A DNA stretch of 64,000 nucleotides from positions 43,276,001 to 43,340,000 of the forward strand of contig OZ260661.1 in assembly GCA_965285935.1 (NCBI GenBank). The letters run 5' to 3'. Numbering within the stretch: the stretch's first letter is position 1; every line of letters starts with the position of its first letter. A program made the position numbers and the translations under genes. This DNA comes from Ophelia neglecta (taxonomy: Eukaryota). Below are positions 50,501 to 64,000 of this stretch, piece after piece. Below the pieces are notes generated by a model, which saw only the letters and a list, made by a program, of their open reading frames with translations, made no database searches and had not been told where the DNA came from.

Positions 50501-53500
50501 AGTCATCCTAATCAATGGCCCAGAGAAAGATAGACAATTCCCTGATGTTGTTAGAGGTCTATTTGGGTCCAAGTTTTGACCCTTTAGAAATTATAAGGCT
50601 TTGACAAAATCTATCAGTACTTGCAAGTCACTTGCAAAACCTGATCTTTTTATGTTCATAAAGTAAGCAAGTGATAAGCTTCACAAAAACAGGGTTCTTC
50701 ATGCATAATTTGCAGTGTTTCTTACATGTAATGTGGTTTTCTTCACACACATGTACATGTACATGTAGTTGCTAGACATGCTAAGCATAGGGAGAAACAA
50801 AGCATTAATGAAGGAATTCGTTTCATATGTCATTGTTTACTTTTGGCTTTATTTGTGTGTTGAGAGGTGTGAGGTATTCAGTTATGCTATGGACAGTGTT
50901 CCTACAGTTCCCTGCCTTGTTTAGCTGGTGCCATTGGGACTTGAACCCCTCCTATCTCATAAACTAACAGTCCCCATCAGAGGGTCTGAACCAGGGGCCA
51001 AAGGCCGCTCTACCTCTGCAAAACACAACACTGGTCAAATATGTGAAGATCGGAGACAGGTCAATGGATATTGGTTCAGCTGGGCTGAGGTCCTTTTTGT
51101 GTATAAACACTGAGGCTTGGGATCTGGGCATACCGCCATTCTGGCATGCATTCACCTACAACAATATTTGATATCACACGGAAAGACTAATAGCCAGCCA
51201 GTATAAAACACAAATTGTTACCACAAAAAGTAAAGTTCTCTGCTGGTCTCTTTAAATCTATTGGCAACTATATAGTATACACATGTATATATCCATTGAT
51301 GTATGATCTGCAACTCACAAAGGGCAATTTAAGGAATTGATAGTGTTATTGCAAGTCATTGAGCAGTGCAGTCATCTGAAATTTCATCACTGTTTGAGCT
51401 TATCTATAATCTATACAACTGATGCAAGGACTACTGTGTGAAGCTGATCTTAAATCATCACAGGCTTTGCAGATTTTGTTTTCCATGTAGGAGGGCCACC
51501 AAATGATGTCATTTGAGTGTAAATGTTTTGATAAAACTTCTTATGTGCTTCAGTTCACATGTTGGCTTGACTTTTGACTGCTACATAGAACACCATTTTG
51601 ATATTCAAACTTGACTGACAAAGACCCATTTTATTGTCAAAATGTTTTTTCTCGCTTTAAGCAATTGTTCCTCTGTGTTTTTTTCTACAATTTCATACAA
51701 TTTATACATCATGTAAAGCAGGGGGAAGCGGATTTGACAAGGCCTCCTGCTGTGTCATTTAGATGTCTGATTTGATGTATTAGGAGGATACCGTCTGGGA
51801 GATGAGAGTTAATCCAAGCAGGCTCTCACACATGCTTGCTGCACCTATTACTATTGATATCTGTTGCAGATTACATCACCCAGTGATGTCATGTATTGAC
51901 TTTTATGCATAAATTGGTAAATTAATGTGGCAGTCATGGACCAAAGGCAGCACTGTGGACTTTCCAGGGAGCTTAATAGATCTGGAAATCTATTTTCCAT
52001 TCCCTGGTTGCAGCCAGTCATTGATAGTTAAAATATTAGCTTTGCAATTCAGTGAGATGTGAATAATCAAATGTGAATATTCGTTTACAGGGCTGGGTAA
52101 ACTTTTTGCCTTGATTCTGGCAAGTCAGCCTACAGATGCTTTTTCCAATGCCTGGTTGATTGTCATGTTAATTAAAGTATAAACACATACGCTGTGCATG
52201 TTCATGGCTCATGTATCTTCGTATTGATCTGCACAAAAAGACAGGCGGTGTCATGGTAAGATAAAACCTGAAATCTCATACAATTGATTACCCAAACATT
52301 CTCCCATTATTGAGGTCAATATTGTCAGCAGATCAGGCTATCTATTTGATAGTACCAATATTAGTTTAAAGTTCCCTTGAGTTACATAATGCTGTGGATA
52401 AAGCCCCCTCCATTTCACATCAACAGAACTGCTTGGTTCTCTATCCCTGTCTGCCATGATAGACAGCTTAGCTATTGATATCCAGATTGATTTTTCAGCC
52501 ACTGTAATTCTGCACCAAATATGTTTGTGAAATTATCCATCTTTTCCCCTCTGCCCTAGAAACCTTTGCCACGTTGCCTGGATGGCCTGCTATTGCCGGG
52601 CCATTCTGACAAAATAGCTGCCATTGACTCGTGATTTTTTACCAGGCTCTTGAGTATTTCTGCTGTTCACAAGAGCATAGCGAAGAGAGATTGCTTCTGA
52701 TTCCAATTGATTCCATGGTTTTTCTTGGCAACAGAATGTTATAAATCCCCTTTATAGGATGGGAATAATCTTTTATTGGTTAGCAGGAAATTATAACTTG
52801 GTGTTGGGTAATACACACTAATTGAGAGTGTATTTCATCAGAGATCCCAGCCATAACCAACAGATCAACATCTTACCATCATGTTGGCTCAGTCTGGGAG
52901 TGATGTCATCAGTCAAAGCAAGACAAAACCAATAAAGATTGGGTGCCTGTCTGATTATTGTTCATAGCAGCCAAGACACCCATAGCCTCCAATATTGAAT
53001 AACCAAAGATTGGAAAAGTCAGGCAGGAAAAATAAGAAACAGATGTATGGGGATCATTGGTGGTTAGTTGATGAGCTCCTGACTTAGCATGTCCACTCTG
53101 CTTGGCTCTTGTGTGTGTGGCCACAAGCTGCTTCATAGAAATTGAACCAACTCCCCTGAACTCTCACAGACCCAAAATATTTACAACACTCTCCTCTAAT
53201 CTGGGCCAGATAAAATAAATCCCCTTAAGGATGGACAACAATCCCTCATTTGTGTGTTCAGCATAGCCAAACACTGTTTGTATCCCCTTGTGAAGTCTGC
53301 CCACAAATAAACACTTTGATTGCCTATAATCTTTTATTTATGTTGTGACTCTTGCCATCTATTGAAAAACAGGTGCAATTTCAACGAGTTTTGTCTCTAA
53401 GCAAATAGAGAATATATCTTATAGACACTTTCTGTTTATCAAAGCAAAAAAAGTGTGATCTATCAAAGGAGTCTTGTGGTTTATACCCCTTGGTTTAAAA

Positions 53501-55585
53501 GATATAATGATCTCAGTTTTTTTTGCTTTGCGTGCAGGTTGATGGGTACAAGAGAAAGAAATCACTGGTTTTTTTTTGCAAATCTGTTGATGAACATCAG
53601 TTTTGATTGTCATCCCATTTGTATTTTACTCAGCCACTTGATATGAAGTGATTTATGAAAAAACATTTGTAATAAAAACACTCTCTGCGTCAATGACTTG
53701 AAGGAATTTCATATAATAGATGATACAGTACACTTATATTGCAGAGATGTGCAAAGCTATTAGATTGCATTCTCCTATAATTGTAGCTGTTGTATATAAA
53801 AATAAACTTGATCAATAGAATAAGATATGCAATGCATAAAAACCAATGATTTGTTTGTTCTTATGATTTTTTCTCTTTCCAGGTAAGTGTCACATTTTCC
53901 ACAATTCATCTTACGGCCCAGGTACATGTAAGTACACAATAAGTTTAATATTACATTTACATGGTTACCATGTAAATGAAGGACATACATAGTCACAGTC
54001 AATCTCACATGTGTACATGTAGATTGATTGGAGTTTCAGATACATGTAAACAAATCATTTTTCAAATCATTACACATGTGTACATGTAACTATGTGTACA
54101 TATAAACCTGGTTTAGTCTAATCTCCTAGATGTCATTTTAATACTCATAGGAAATTGCTTGGTAATTGGCAAGGGATTTTATATCTGCTAAACAACTGCC
54201 ACCTGGAATATCATGTATTGGTGATCAGTTGTACATGGCATCAAAAATGGCACAGGTTTCCTATTAAACTCGATCTATTGCTCCCCAAGGAGGGTGTAGG
54301 CTGAGCAAAACTTGGGAGGCTAGATCAGTGGAATAATGAATGTCATGTTGGCTTGGATGAGTGCTTTGGGGGCCACAGCTGAGGGATTTGGACCGTAGAT
54401 TTGAATGTTACCTCCCTCATTTCAGGTCAGTTCAGGCGATCATCAATCTAAATTGTTATTTTTTTCACTGAGAATGTCATCCTGTCAAATCCTCCGGTGG
54501 GTAGGTGATGGTAATTCTTCAGTCTTGGCAGCCATCTAGCTGGGAGTGTTGCCGTGCCATAATTCCATGTGCTATTTAGTATATTTACCCTCACCATAAT
54601 CTAATAATATAACTATATTTTTTGTATATCTGGCAATTGAATCCTTAAGCGATAGTCATAATCCATCAGTACTAAATTTATCTCCTGAGAGGGCAGGGTG
54701 TTCCTGAGAAAATTTGAATTGATTATACATGTTTGACAGGATGTCGTCTCTCTGTCAGTTCCTATACAGAGATGTCACCAGATTCATTACAGCATACCCA
54801 GATCCCTGCCTACCTGCAGTCCAAGCCAATTAACCTGGGCTGAGCTGCAGGCCAAAGGCTCGGCTCCTCTGTTGATGCTCCTCTTTCCGAGCCAATCTCC
54901 TGTTTCTTTGGTTGTTGTAGCCTGTCCGGGATGGATTGACCGCTTTCTGTCAGCGTTCTATATTACAGCAGGATGCCAGCCTGCTTTAAGACAGCAGGAA
55001 GTGGCCGGCAACTTGGAACTGAAATCTGAATGCTGCCATTCACTCCATTCAGCCTGTTGAGGCTTGGCTGCCATGACAAATTACATATGATGCCAGTTCT
55101 GTGGTGAAATGTACATGTAAATGATAAACATGATGTATATGTACATTGTACATGTATGTGTTGTTGATTAGTAATTTCATCCTTTCTTATCATGCCTCAG
55201 ACTTTCAGTCCTGAAGCCATGTTAACTTCATTCTGAAGCTATGCAGACTGTCTCTGGGTTATCTCACTTCATTAACAGGCATCTATTAAAAATGTCTAAT
55301 GTAATTTTAAAATGGAAACAGAGAAAATATAGCAAATGACAACTCATTTGTGGGTGACCACTCAGCATCATTATTGTTAATGTGAGATCTCTGTCAACAT
55401 CAATGCTGAAGCCCTTCATACTAGTAATTTTCTGTTGTTATACATGTTGGCATATGGAAATACCAGTAGTTTGAAAAACAAGCGAAAGTGACAATATTTG
55501 CCCAGGTATTGTGACAAAATAATAACCAGAGTGTCCACCTGATCCATGCATCTTCCTAGACTCATCCACAACAGCAGATCTACTT

Positions 55586-56272
55586 AGCAATGCATAGTTT
55601 TCACAAATAAGCTAGTCTAAGAGTTTGACTGGCTATCGTAGCATAGCAGCAATGCATTGTGTTTCACAAATAAGCTAGTCTAAGACTTAGTCTGGCTATC
55701 ATAGCATAGCAGCAATGCATTGTTTTTACAAAGAAACTAGTCTAAGAGTTAGTCTGGCTATCATAGCATAGCAGCAATGCTTGTTTTTACAAATAAGCTA
55801 GTCTAAGAGTTAGTCTGGCTATCGTAGCATAGCAGCAATGCATTTTTTTTACAAATAAGCTAGTCTAAGAATTAGTCTGGCTATCATAGCATAGCAGCAA
55901 TGCATTGTTTTTACAAATAAGCTAGTCTAAGAGTTAGTCTGGCTATTGTAGCATAGCAGCAATGCATTTTTTTTTACAAATAATCTAGTCTAAGAGTTAG
56001 TCTGGCTATCATAGCATAGCAGCAATGCATTGTTTTTACAAATAAGCTAGTCTAAGAGTTAGTCTGGCTATTGTAGCATAGCAGCAATGCATTTTTTTTA
56101 CAAATAAGCTAGTCTAAGAATTAGTCTGGCTATCATTGCATAGCAGCAATGCTTGTTTTTACAAATAAGCTAGTCTAAGAGTTAGTCTGGCTATTGTAGC
56201 ATAGCAGCAATGCAAGTTGTTTTTATAAATAAGCTAGTCTTAGAGTTAGTCTGGCTATTGTAGCATAGCAGC
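55586..56272. repeat. Minisatellite, 11 copies of a 61-64 bp unit
   Basis: Unit approx. AGCAATGCATTGTTTTTACAAATAAGCTAGTCTAAGAGTTAGTCTGGCTATCATAGCATAGC. The anchor GCTAGTC (or a variant) occurs at 55611, 55674, 55736, 55797, 55859, 55921, 55984, 56046, 56108, 56169 and 56233. Confidence 0.97.
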
Positions 56273-59200
56273 TGTCATTCAACCTCACCAAATACAATTT
56301 CATTTCAAGTGGGTTGGCCTTTTCAGCCTCAGAGGTTTTTCACACCATTGTAAATGCACACTCTTCACCTTTTCAGCTCTGTGGAAACCCCACACCTCAC
56401 CACCTTAATTATGATGAATAAGGTAAAATTAATTTGTTAACAATGTGAAACAATGATGTCTTAAAACAGCATATTTCTGCTTAGGAATATGGAAGACAAC
56501 AGAAGGTTACCACCCTTCTCTCCAAGGAGAGAGAAATAAAAAATCATAAACATAAGAAAAAGCTTAAATATATATGAAATATCCTGTGGAATGCTTATGT
56601 ATACAAGGATGAAATATTATTTGCTTAACATCCATCTTTTTTAAAAACAACCTCCTTAGCTTTTTTGTGCGTACATGTATGCTCCTTTTTTTGAAAATCA
56701 CAATAATGCTTTAGTCATAGGCATTATACATGAGGCAAGTGCCTTTTGTGGACAAGCCAGTTTGTTTTAGAAACTAATATAATTGTGTCAGTTGGACAGA
56801 GTAAGTATTGGCCATTTCTGTTGTGAAGTAGGTGCCCAGGCATTCAATGGCGAGGCAGGTGCCCAGGCATTCATGAGAAACTAGGTCTCTACTGACTCAT
56901 GGATCATGTAGTGCATGGAAAAGGCTAGGAATATGATTTTTGACCTCTTGTCATTGCTCTGTGTTGAGTAACACATGATAAGATTCACAGAGTCAACCCA
57001 GACCCTGGCTGTTTGGTCCAGTGTCTAATTGAGAGGAGCTGATGATATGTGTGAAAAATGCTGTCTCCTGTGAGCTAATCTTGCCCCCTACCTAGAAATG
57101 TACTTAACTGGCCAGGGAACTGTATATACATTAGATCAGCCATGATACTCCTGTCTGCAGGCACCTTTTATCTATTGGGGTTTTCTGACTATTGGGGATG
57201 CCCTGAATTTGTTGGAGGTAATAGGCGTAGCCAGTTGTCTTTATGAAAACACTGAGATGACTTGGTTTTGTTATTTCTCTGACAGATTTATCCGGAGGAA
57301 TGGATCAAGGTGCTCGTAATCTGGAGCACGCTGGGGTCATGTCTCGGGCTGACAGAATGGCTAGATGTTCCAGAGGTAGTATTATCACTAGGGCCCACAC
57401 CTCAAGGGAGATACCCGTCTTAGAATTCCATTTCAGAGAGACCTTATCGCCATACATTGCCTTTGCATTTAATGGCTGATAGCAGACGGAAGTGACCAGG
57501 GACCCATTCATTCGTGAAGATTTAGTAAATGCCTCTGTAGCTTGAAAGAAAGCAAAAATTCTACAACAATCAAGTTTCAGATAATTGTCTGGGTCGGGTA
57601 GGGGCCTGCCCACTGGAATTGCTTCATATTTGTCTATTAAAGAAAAGTGTTGCTTCATTGGTCAAGGTTGATTTTAACATGGTTGGTCACTTGGTTTGGT
57701 TAGGAGATCGCTGGGAGATTGCAAACCCCATGACACATCTGCCAGCCCCACTTCGTCTGCCAGCCCCACTTCGATCAATTAAACCAGTTCATCTGGAATC
57801 AACTAATGAAAAGCAATTGATATTAGGGAAGAAAATTCATGCTCCAGCACACATACACACATACAAGTAAGGGCTCTTCTCCTATCTCCAGATCCACACA
57901 GTCTGAAATGCAAGACTTATTGGAAGCTGCAGTGACCTTTATATCACCTTTGAGATTCCAATTTCTTTAACAACAGTCCTAAAATTGAAACCCTGGGCCC
58001 ACTCAATCTCAGAGTGAGCTGGCACATGATTCTAGTTAGGGGTTCCTAGCACACCTAATTTGAACAGGGTATGGGTAATTCTGCTAAACTACTGCAATTT
58101 TGCTAGGAATGTACATGTAGCTCTTAAGTCGGGGTGGTGGTGGGGGGGGGGGGGGGGCGCAGAGAAAGGCTGTCTCTATAAATTTAAGCTTTCAATAGGC
58201 AAACCATAAGTGTGGGTGGTTGTATTGAATTTTAGGCCTTTTAACCTTCTCTACAGCAGGCAGTGTGTCCTTGCTCACATTCCTCATATACAACTTCTTC
58301 CAAGGAAAACACTTGTGTAATTCACTCTCTATAATGTCTATTATTATTTCTCATTTTACTTTACAATATTATAGTACTAATTCTAGAAGCAACTAATAAA
58401 AAGTGCTTTATATCAAGATAAAAGGAAAATAAATGATGACAGTGAACAAATAGACTTACATTCATTCATTTTAAACTCAGCCTTACACTTTGACATATCT
58501 CAAACATATACACATGCACATAATCTCCAATACAAATTATGCACACACAAATTAATTCCTATACAATTGCATAAGATTCAACACCAAATAAAAATAAGAA
58601 AGTTGTGTAAAAGAAGTATTTTCTATTATGAGTCCTACAATTCTTGGGTAATTAGTTGTCAAGTGCTAGTTAGAATAATTTGGTTTTAATTGAGATTTTA
58701 AAAAATAGATAGTGTTTCAATTTGTCCCAGGGATTGAGGAAGTTCATTTGAGGATATTACATATCTAACATAATTTGTGGCTGAAATTCAGATATACCGG
58801 TATATATTATGGTTTGCTAGCAAGTATGGTGGCGCTTGTTCATCAATTTCATTTTTTAAATTGGTTTCATGAGTACAGTTCAGGTGTTCTGTCAATCAGA
58901 GTTCTTTAGAATACACCTTGGTGAGCTGATGATACATTTGATTGCATGAACAATGTCTCTTTGATTTTGGTAATCACGAGTCTGTTGTTGAATAAAGGCA
59001 ATGAGGTGAACCAGTTCCTCTCTCTCTGTTTGTCTTAATGAATTTGTTACTGGTCAGCTCTGCTTGACATGGGCATAGATAATTTTAGAATTAATAGAAT
59101 TATTAGTTTTGGAGATCCTTTATGCCTAATACATCCGATTAGCTTGATTAATGTCTTAATTTCAAGTCACTGCAAACATAATAGGTTAGCTGATCTCCCT

Positions 59201-59763
59201 GGAGTCTGATGAATGGTAGTACTAAGGCATGCTGGGCTAGGCCTGTTTACCAAGTCTAGTGATGTATGGCTGACAGGACTTGTGCCTAAGCTCAGAGAAA
59301 GGAGCTGACTTGAAGAGGGATTTACCATAGCTGTCTCCAGAGACACCTTAACCATAGCAGCTCATAGCTTACAAATTGCAGATAGCCCTCCCTCCCCCCA
59401 TCCCCCCTCACACACACATCATTACTTAATCTCCTAAATATATACTGACAAGAAAAAATATGCAGCTCATTATCGCTGAAATTCACCTTCCCCCTCAGTA
59501 TTGCCATATCCCAAATGTATGTCACTCATTTTTAGCTCTGAATCACAGTAATACCTTGCTTGTCAAACCTCTACCAGAGGTCACCTTTGTAGCAGGCTAT
59601 AACCACAAGTTTTTGAATTGTCCACATACCACACCAACAAACAAAATGTAACCAGCTTCAACATAAACAGGTAGAAAAGTATAAGTGTACAATCTTAATT
59701 GGCACATAATAATAATTTTGAGATTAATGACTCAAAGGGCTAAAAGTACACTTAAGCAATATA

Positions 59764-60030
59764 GTAGTGGTTGTAATGGAAGGACTCTAGAATGGTGGTT
59801 GTAAGGGGAGGACTCTGGAAAGGTGATTGTAAGGGGAGGACTCTGGAATAGTGGTTGTAAGGGGAGGAGTCTAGAATGGTGGTTGTAATTGGAGGACGTG
59901 GGGTGGTGGTTGTAATGGGAGGACTCTGGAATGGTTGTTGTAATGGGAGGACTCTGGAATGGTTGTTGTAAGGAAAGGATGCTGGGGTTGTGGTTGTAAT
60001 GGGAGGACAATGGGTGGTAGTTGTTGAGGA
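59764..60030. repeat. G-rich minisatellite, ~9 copies of a 28 bp unit
   Basis: Consensus GTGGTTGTAATGGGAGGACTCTGGAATG. Confidence 0.9.
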
Positions 60031-60099
60031 CCTCTTATGTGGGATGCTGGTGGTTGTTGGTGATTTCTAATGGAGGATTCTGAGGTGTTGATGATTGGT

Positions 60100-61300
60100 G
60101 ATTCCTACCAATTGTTACTTTGTGATACACTATTACAAAGAGTAACTTTGATAATGTTGTTGTTTAAAACAAAGTTTCCTGGCCATTTCTATTGTCATTG
60201 ATGTTTGTTGTCCGTTTTTAAGGATTGCAGTGAACAGGGTAACAGAGTTTGGCTATTTTCCAAACTTTCAGGTCTCTCCCAATCAACAATACCATATGCC
60301 AGATGGGAAATCTGTATTGTGTTACCAACATCACATCCTAGATTGGCTGTAGCAATGAATATCATATTGATAACTTCCCTGTCACAGAGTCACAATACAC
60401 TGTCTTAGCTTTCTTCTGTTCACATTAAACCCGTTTTATGGAGAAAATTCTTCTGTTCACATGAAACCCATTTTATGGATACAACAGTAAAAATTATCCA
60501 TACAATTATTAAGCAGAATAGCTCAAGATGTTTTAAAAGGGATCAGGTACCAAATAATCAATATTTTCAAGTAAATATTATAACTATAGTCATTAACTAG
60601 TTTAGATAATGTTATAGATTTGTGCACTACTTTGGTCAGGTGCTAGTTTCTCACAATATATTCACACTTCATTAAATGTGTGAGTGACTTCAACATTTGT
60701 GCAAACCATGATAGAATATTCTTTGTAATGTAGGCTTCCATATTGCCACTGGTAATAGAGTATGTCAAACATTTCTAAATCCATCATTTCTAGCACCTTA
60801 TCGCACCTAGATCTTTCAATATTAGCAAATATTGGCTATAAGATAACTTGTGTCCATGTGAGAGAGCAAACAATGGTTAAAGTAAAAGACAAGACGCACA
60901 ATAGGAGTTTATTTGGCTACATGGACAATTACATTGTCCAAACCCTTTTGTTCCCCAAAGCATATATATTTTAGGGGGACAATTGTCAGTTGTTTATTAT
61001 ACAAACAAGCATAAAGAATTTTCTACAGGATTTTTAATGGTTGTTACCATATTCTGTGATTACTCCTAAGGTGCGTCTTTAAAAAAAATAATGCATTTCT
61101 TGTATTTTTAGTACTTGTAAAATCTTTATATGTGAATTGTGTATACATTGACAATGGTCACAAAATGGACATTTCTTTGTTGTGGATTCACCTTTCTTAA
61201 ATTGTTTCAATAGCTATTTGATCAAAAAACCAGGCTGCCAGGCCGGCTACATCTGGCTGTGTCAAAGTTCAAGGTTGGACCTTTGAATATCACATGAATT
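60100..61300 (+). pseudogene. Degenerate L1/Tx1-like LINE RT fossil
   Basis: SQYIHTSL at ~60652-60675 (cf. SQYADDTTL) and RSLFGYMDNYIVQTLLFPKAY at ~60903-60965 (cf. RxLSLxGRxxxxKTLxxPKxxY). Confidence 0.35.
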
Positions 61301-64000
61301 AAATCTTAACTTCATTATTGGTGATGCCAGTAAATCGTATGTAGTGAAACATGGAGGCCCTTCTATTTCAGGGGACCTTCCTCGCCCAAGTGTATGTGAC
61401 TTGGATCTAGTGTCCAATGTGGCATACACCAGAACAACATGTGTCCTGCCTGGGGGAGCTTCCAATGCTAGGCACACATTCCACCTAGGTGTGGCTTCCA
61501 GGTAAACCTGCTTGTTATGTAGGAGATGATGGCTAACTGGTCCCAGGACACCTGCACTGTGTTAGGCCTGTGTTACTTGTCACTGCCTTTTGGTCTTCCT
61601 GCAAAACAGCCAAATATATCAGGGGAAGCCTGTCTTCTTTCCTGTTTATGATGTTACAGATGGTATGTTTGCAGTGTGTGGTATGAGGTCAGTTTGAGTG
61701 GTTGTGAAGCCGCTAGCCTAGTTCTTCCTGATACAGAGCACATGGATGCTTAGGCCTACATGCAATGTCATGTGTGCTACATGTGGTAAAAGATGAATGC
61801 TCAAGGATGAAGTCACATAGCATGGCTCCAGATGAACAGTACTTTTTAACCCCCGTCCTATGATAAATTACTTGGCATATTTTTGCCTGATTAGTGTTTG
61901 TGTAGAGGGGACAGGCAGGAAAGCCATCATTCACTAGAAGAAGGAGTCTTTGCTTGCTTGTATCTAGGTAACAGATCGGTGGAAGATCCCACGGATGGCT
62001 TTGTGCCCTGTTCCATTAGTTTTAGCTGCCATTCAACATGTTCAACATCAGGGAAAGTTAGCCCAATGTTTGTGCTTGTCCCCCTCTCCATATTTGTTAG
62101 TGACGTTAAGATTGGTTGGACACCAAGAATGCCCATCACATTTTACCCTTACGAGGCATGCTTGGTTCTCTTAGCCTAGCAATACCAGCCCTGAAATGAC
62201 AACCTTTTTGTATCTCTTGCACAGTGAAAAAATAAAGTATGTACCATGGAATCTGTTGATAATAAAGTATGTACCCAACATAAACGATTCTCCTGTCTAA
62301 ACACAGTGCAATGCTCATCTACAACTGTCAGCATGTGTTTGCTGGAAGTCTTTAAATTTACTTGTTTAGCACTTGAGGGCCTTGCATAAATAAAATGATA
62401 AGAGATGGACATTATTTTTCAGTATATGCCTTAGACTACAGTCACTTGTAGCAGACTGGGAGTGGAAAAATAGTAGAAAGTCATTAAATATTGAGATTAT
62501 GTTGGCTGCAGAGTCCATGTAAGGATGCCCTGCCATTGTCCGTCAGGTACTTTATGATAATAATCAAAACAATAATTTGAATTGAAATAATGAATCTTTT
62601 ATGGTAAGAATATAGTAGCTGACTTGAGCAGGCACTAAAACCAAACAAATTTCTCATGATATTCCATCAGTATGCCTAGAATGTTCTCTATGCATATGTG
62701 AATTGCGGAGTGCCTGGTAATCAGGGTTATTACAGGTTGCGGGTCCCAGTAGCACTTTGTTTTCTATATATGCAGCTGCCTGACTATTTCCCTTTCAGTA
62801 GAGGAGTGTAGCCAGATATTGAGGTAAGGAGGGACGGGCTGGTGAGGGGCAGATAGCAGCAGGTTGTGTTGATGTTGGGCCCCACAATCCCCACATTACA
62901 TAGACTTATCAGCAGTTCATGCCTCAGCACATTGGCCTGGGAGTCAGATAGCCGTGAGTGTGAGGGGTCCTCCTCGGCAAGGCCTTCTTCACAGCCAATA
63001 CTTGTTTATTTGGTGTAAACTCTGGACAGAAACACTGCATAATACACTATTCATGTATAAGTAAACTTACCCATGAAAAGATTGATTTTTTCCACTGTGC
63101 ATTATATATGTATAAGCATGTTCATTGTCGAACCGTTCATAAAATGAACAAATATTGAATCAGACTACCGGTAGGTGAACTACACAATAGTCATGTACAT
63201 GTGTGTTTTCCTCCAGGCAAAGATTTAGATTCTAGCATTCTTAAATCACTGATTCTGGCTTTATTAAAAAAAAGGATACCCTTTGCCATGTGTATTCTTC
63301 CCTAAAGAAAAGCCTTGAGATCCACTGTACTGGCAGACAATTTCACCGTTAAAACAAATCCCTCTGCGTCATTGGTATTCATAAATCTGGGCAATCTTGC
63401 TGAATTACTTCCTTTCCCTTAAATAATTCAGTGTACCTATATGTGTATATGATTTATATGACTATATTAATATTGTCACCTGGCAATCCTTATTAGGATG
63501 ATGAATATAGAATAATTGTAGACAGTTGCCTTTCATTTCATCTATTTTTTTGCCTCTCATGTGAAAGTAAAATTCTAAACTTATCACCATCAACTAGGTT
63601 AATATCTAGATCTGGAGTTAAGTAAATGACTGTGAAGACTGCCACATGGAAAACTCCGGACAGAGCTGAGTTGATGAGAGCTTCTTGTCACATTATATGC
63701 CCAGCAGTGTTGCCCTATAGCAAATTGATCCCTCTAGTGCAGTTTTCAGGTAGTTTCCTTGCTTAGTTAAATAGATTTGAGCAGTTTCTGCAGTAAACAC
63801 TGTAGAAGCCCTGCCACTGCACTCACAATTGCCTGCAATGGGGAATGAATGGAGCTTTTAAAACCAAAAGCCTTGTACAGCGATGATCATCAGGCTAACT
63901 ATTGAGATATCCTGCCTTCTGCTGTTTTTACGGCTACCCTTGGTTCTCCCTGGTTCTTGTAACTCAGGCTAGGAAATGCATCCTGACACAGAGAGCAAGT

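Noticed and set aside
55586-56272. CRISPR-like look of the palindromic ~62 bp array
   Set aside because: The whole unit repeats, so there are no unique spacers. There are no cas genes and the context is eukaryotic.
59732-60010. 92 aa ORF with repeated SSHYNHH/PLQP
   Set aside because: Translation of the 28 bp minisatellite.
56829-60480. Short two-copy duplications (AGGTGCCCAGGCATTCA ~56830, TCTGCCAGCCCCACTTCG ~57738, TTCTTCTGTTCACAT... ~60411)
   Set aside because: Ordinary local slippage duplications with no further structure.

Overview
Animal-type genomic DNA: AT-rich, CpG-depleted, with no host exon I can recognise, so probably a large intron or gene desert. The one intact coding unit is a 5.66 kb tyrosine-recombinase (YR) retrotransposon of the DIRS order at 32496-38152. 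It encodes Gag with a CCHC knuckle, Pol (RT, RNase H and a C-terminal adenine-methyltransferase-like domain) and a tyrosine recombinase. Its split direct repeats are ordered A1-ORFs-B1-A2-(590 bp spacer)-B2, which points to the PAT-like group. The three ORFs are uninterrupted, each repeat pair differs by one base, and CpGs are retained, so the insertion looks recent. Closer reading shows (i) a TAA crossover core at all three junctions, (ii) chains of short hairpins in repeat A, repeat B and the pol-YR intergenic region, (iii) TATA, splice and poly(A)-like signals that could make B1-A2-spacer-B2 a separate non-coding transcription unit, and (iv) apparent insertion into the endonuclease region of a fossil L1/Tx1-like LINE. 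The rest of the window holds several very decayed LINE fossils, a 1.7 kb GA-rich satellite, a 62 bp minisatellite with internal palindromes, and smaller tandem repeats. Everything was read by eye, with no searches run.
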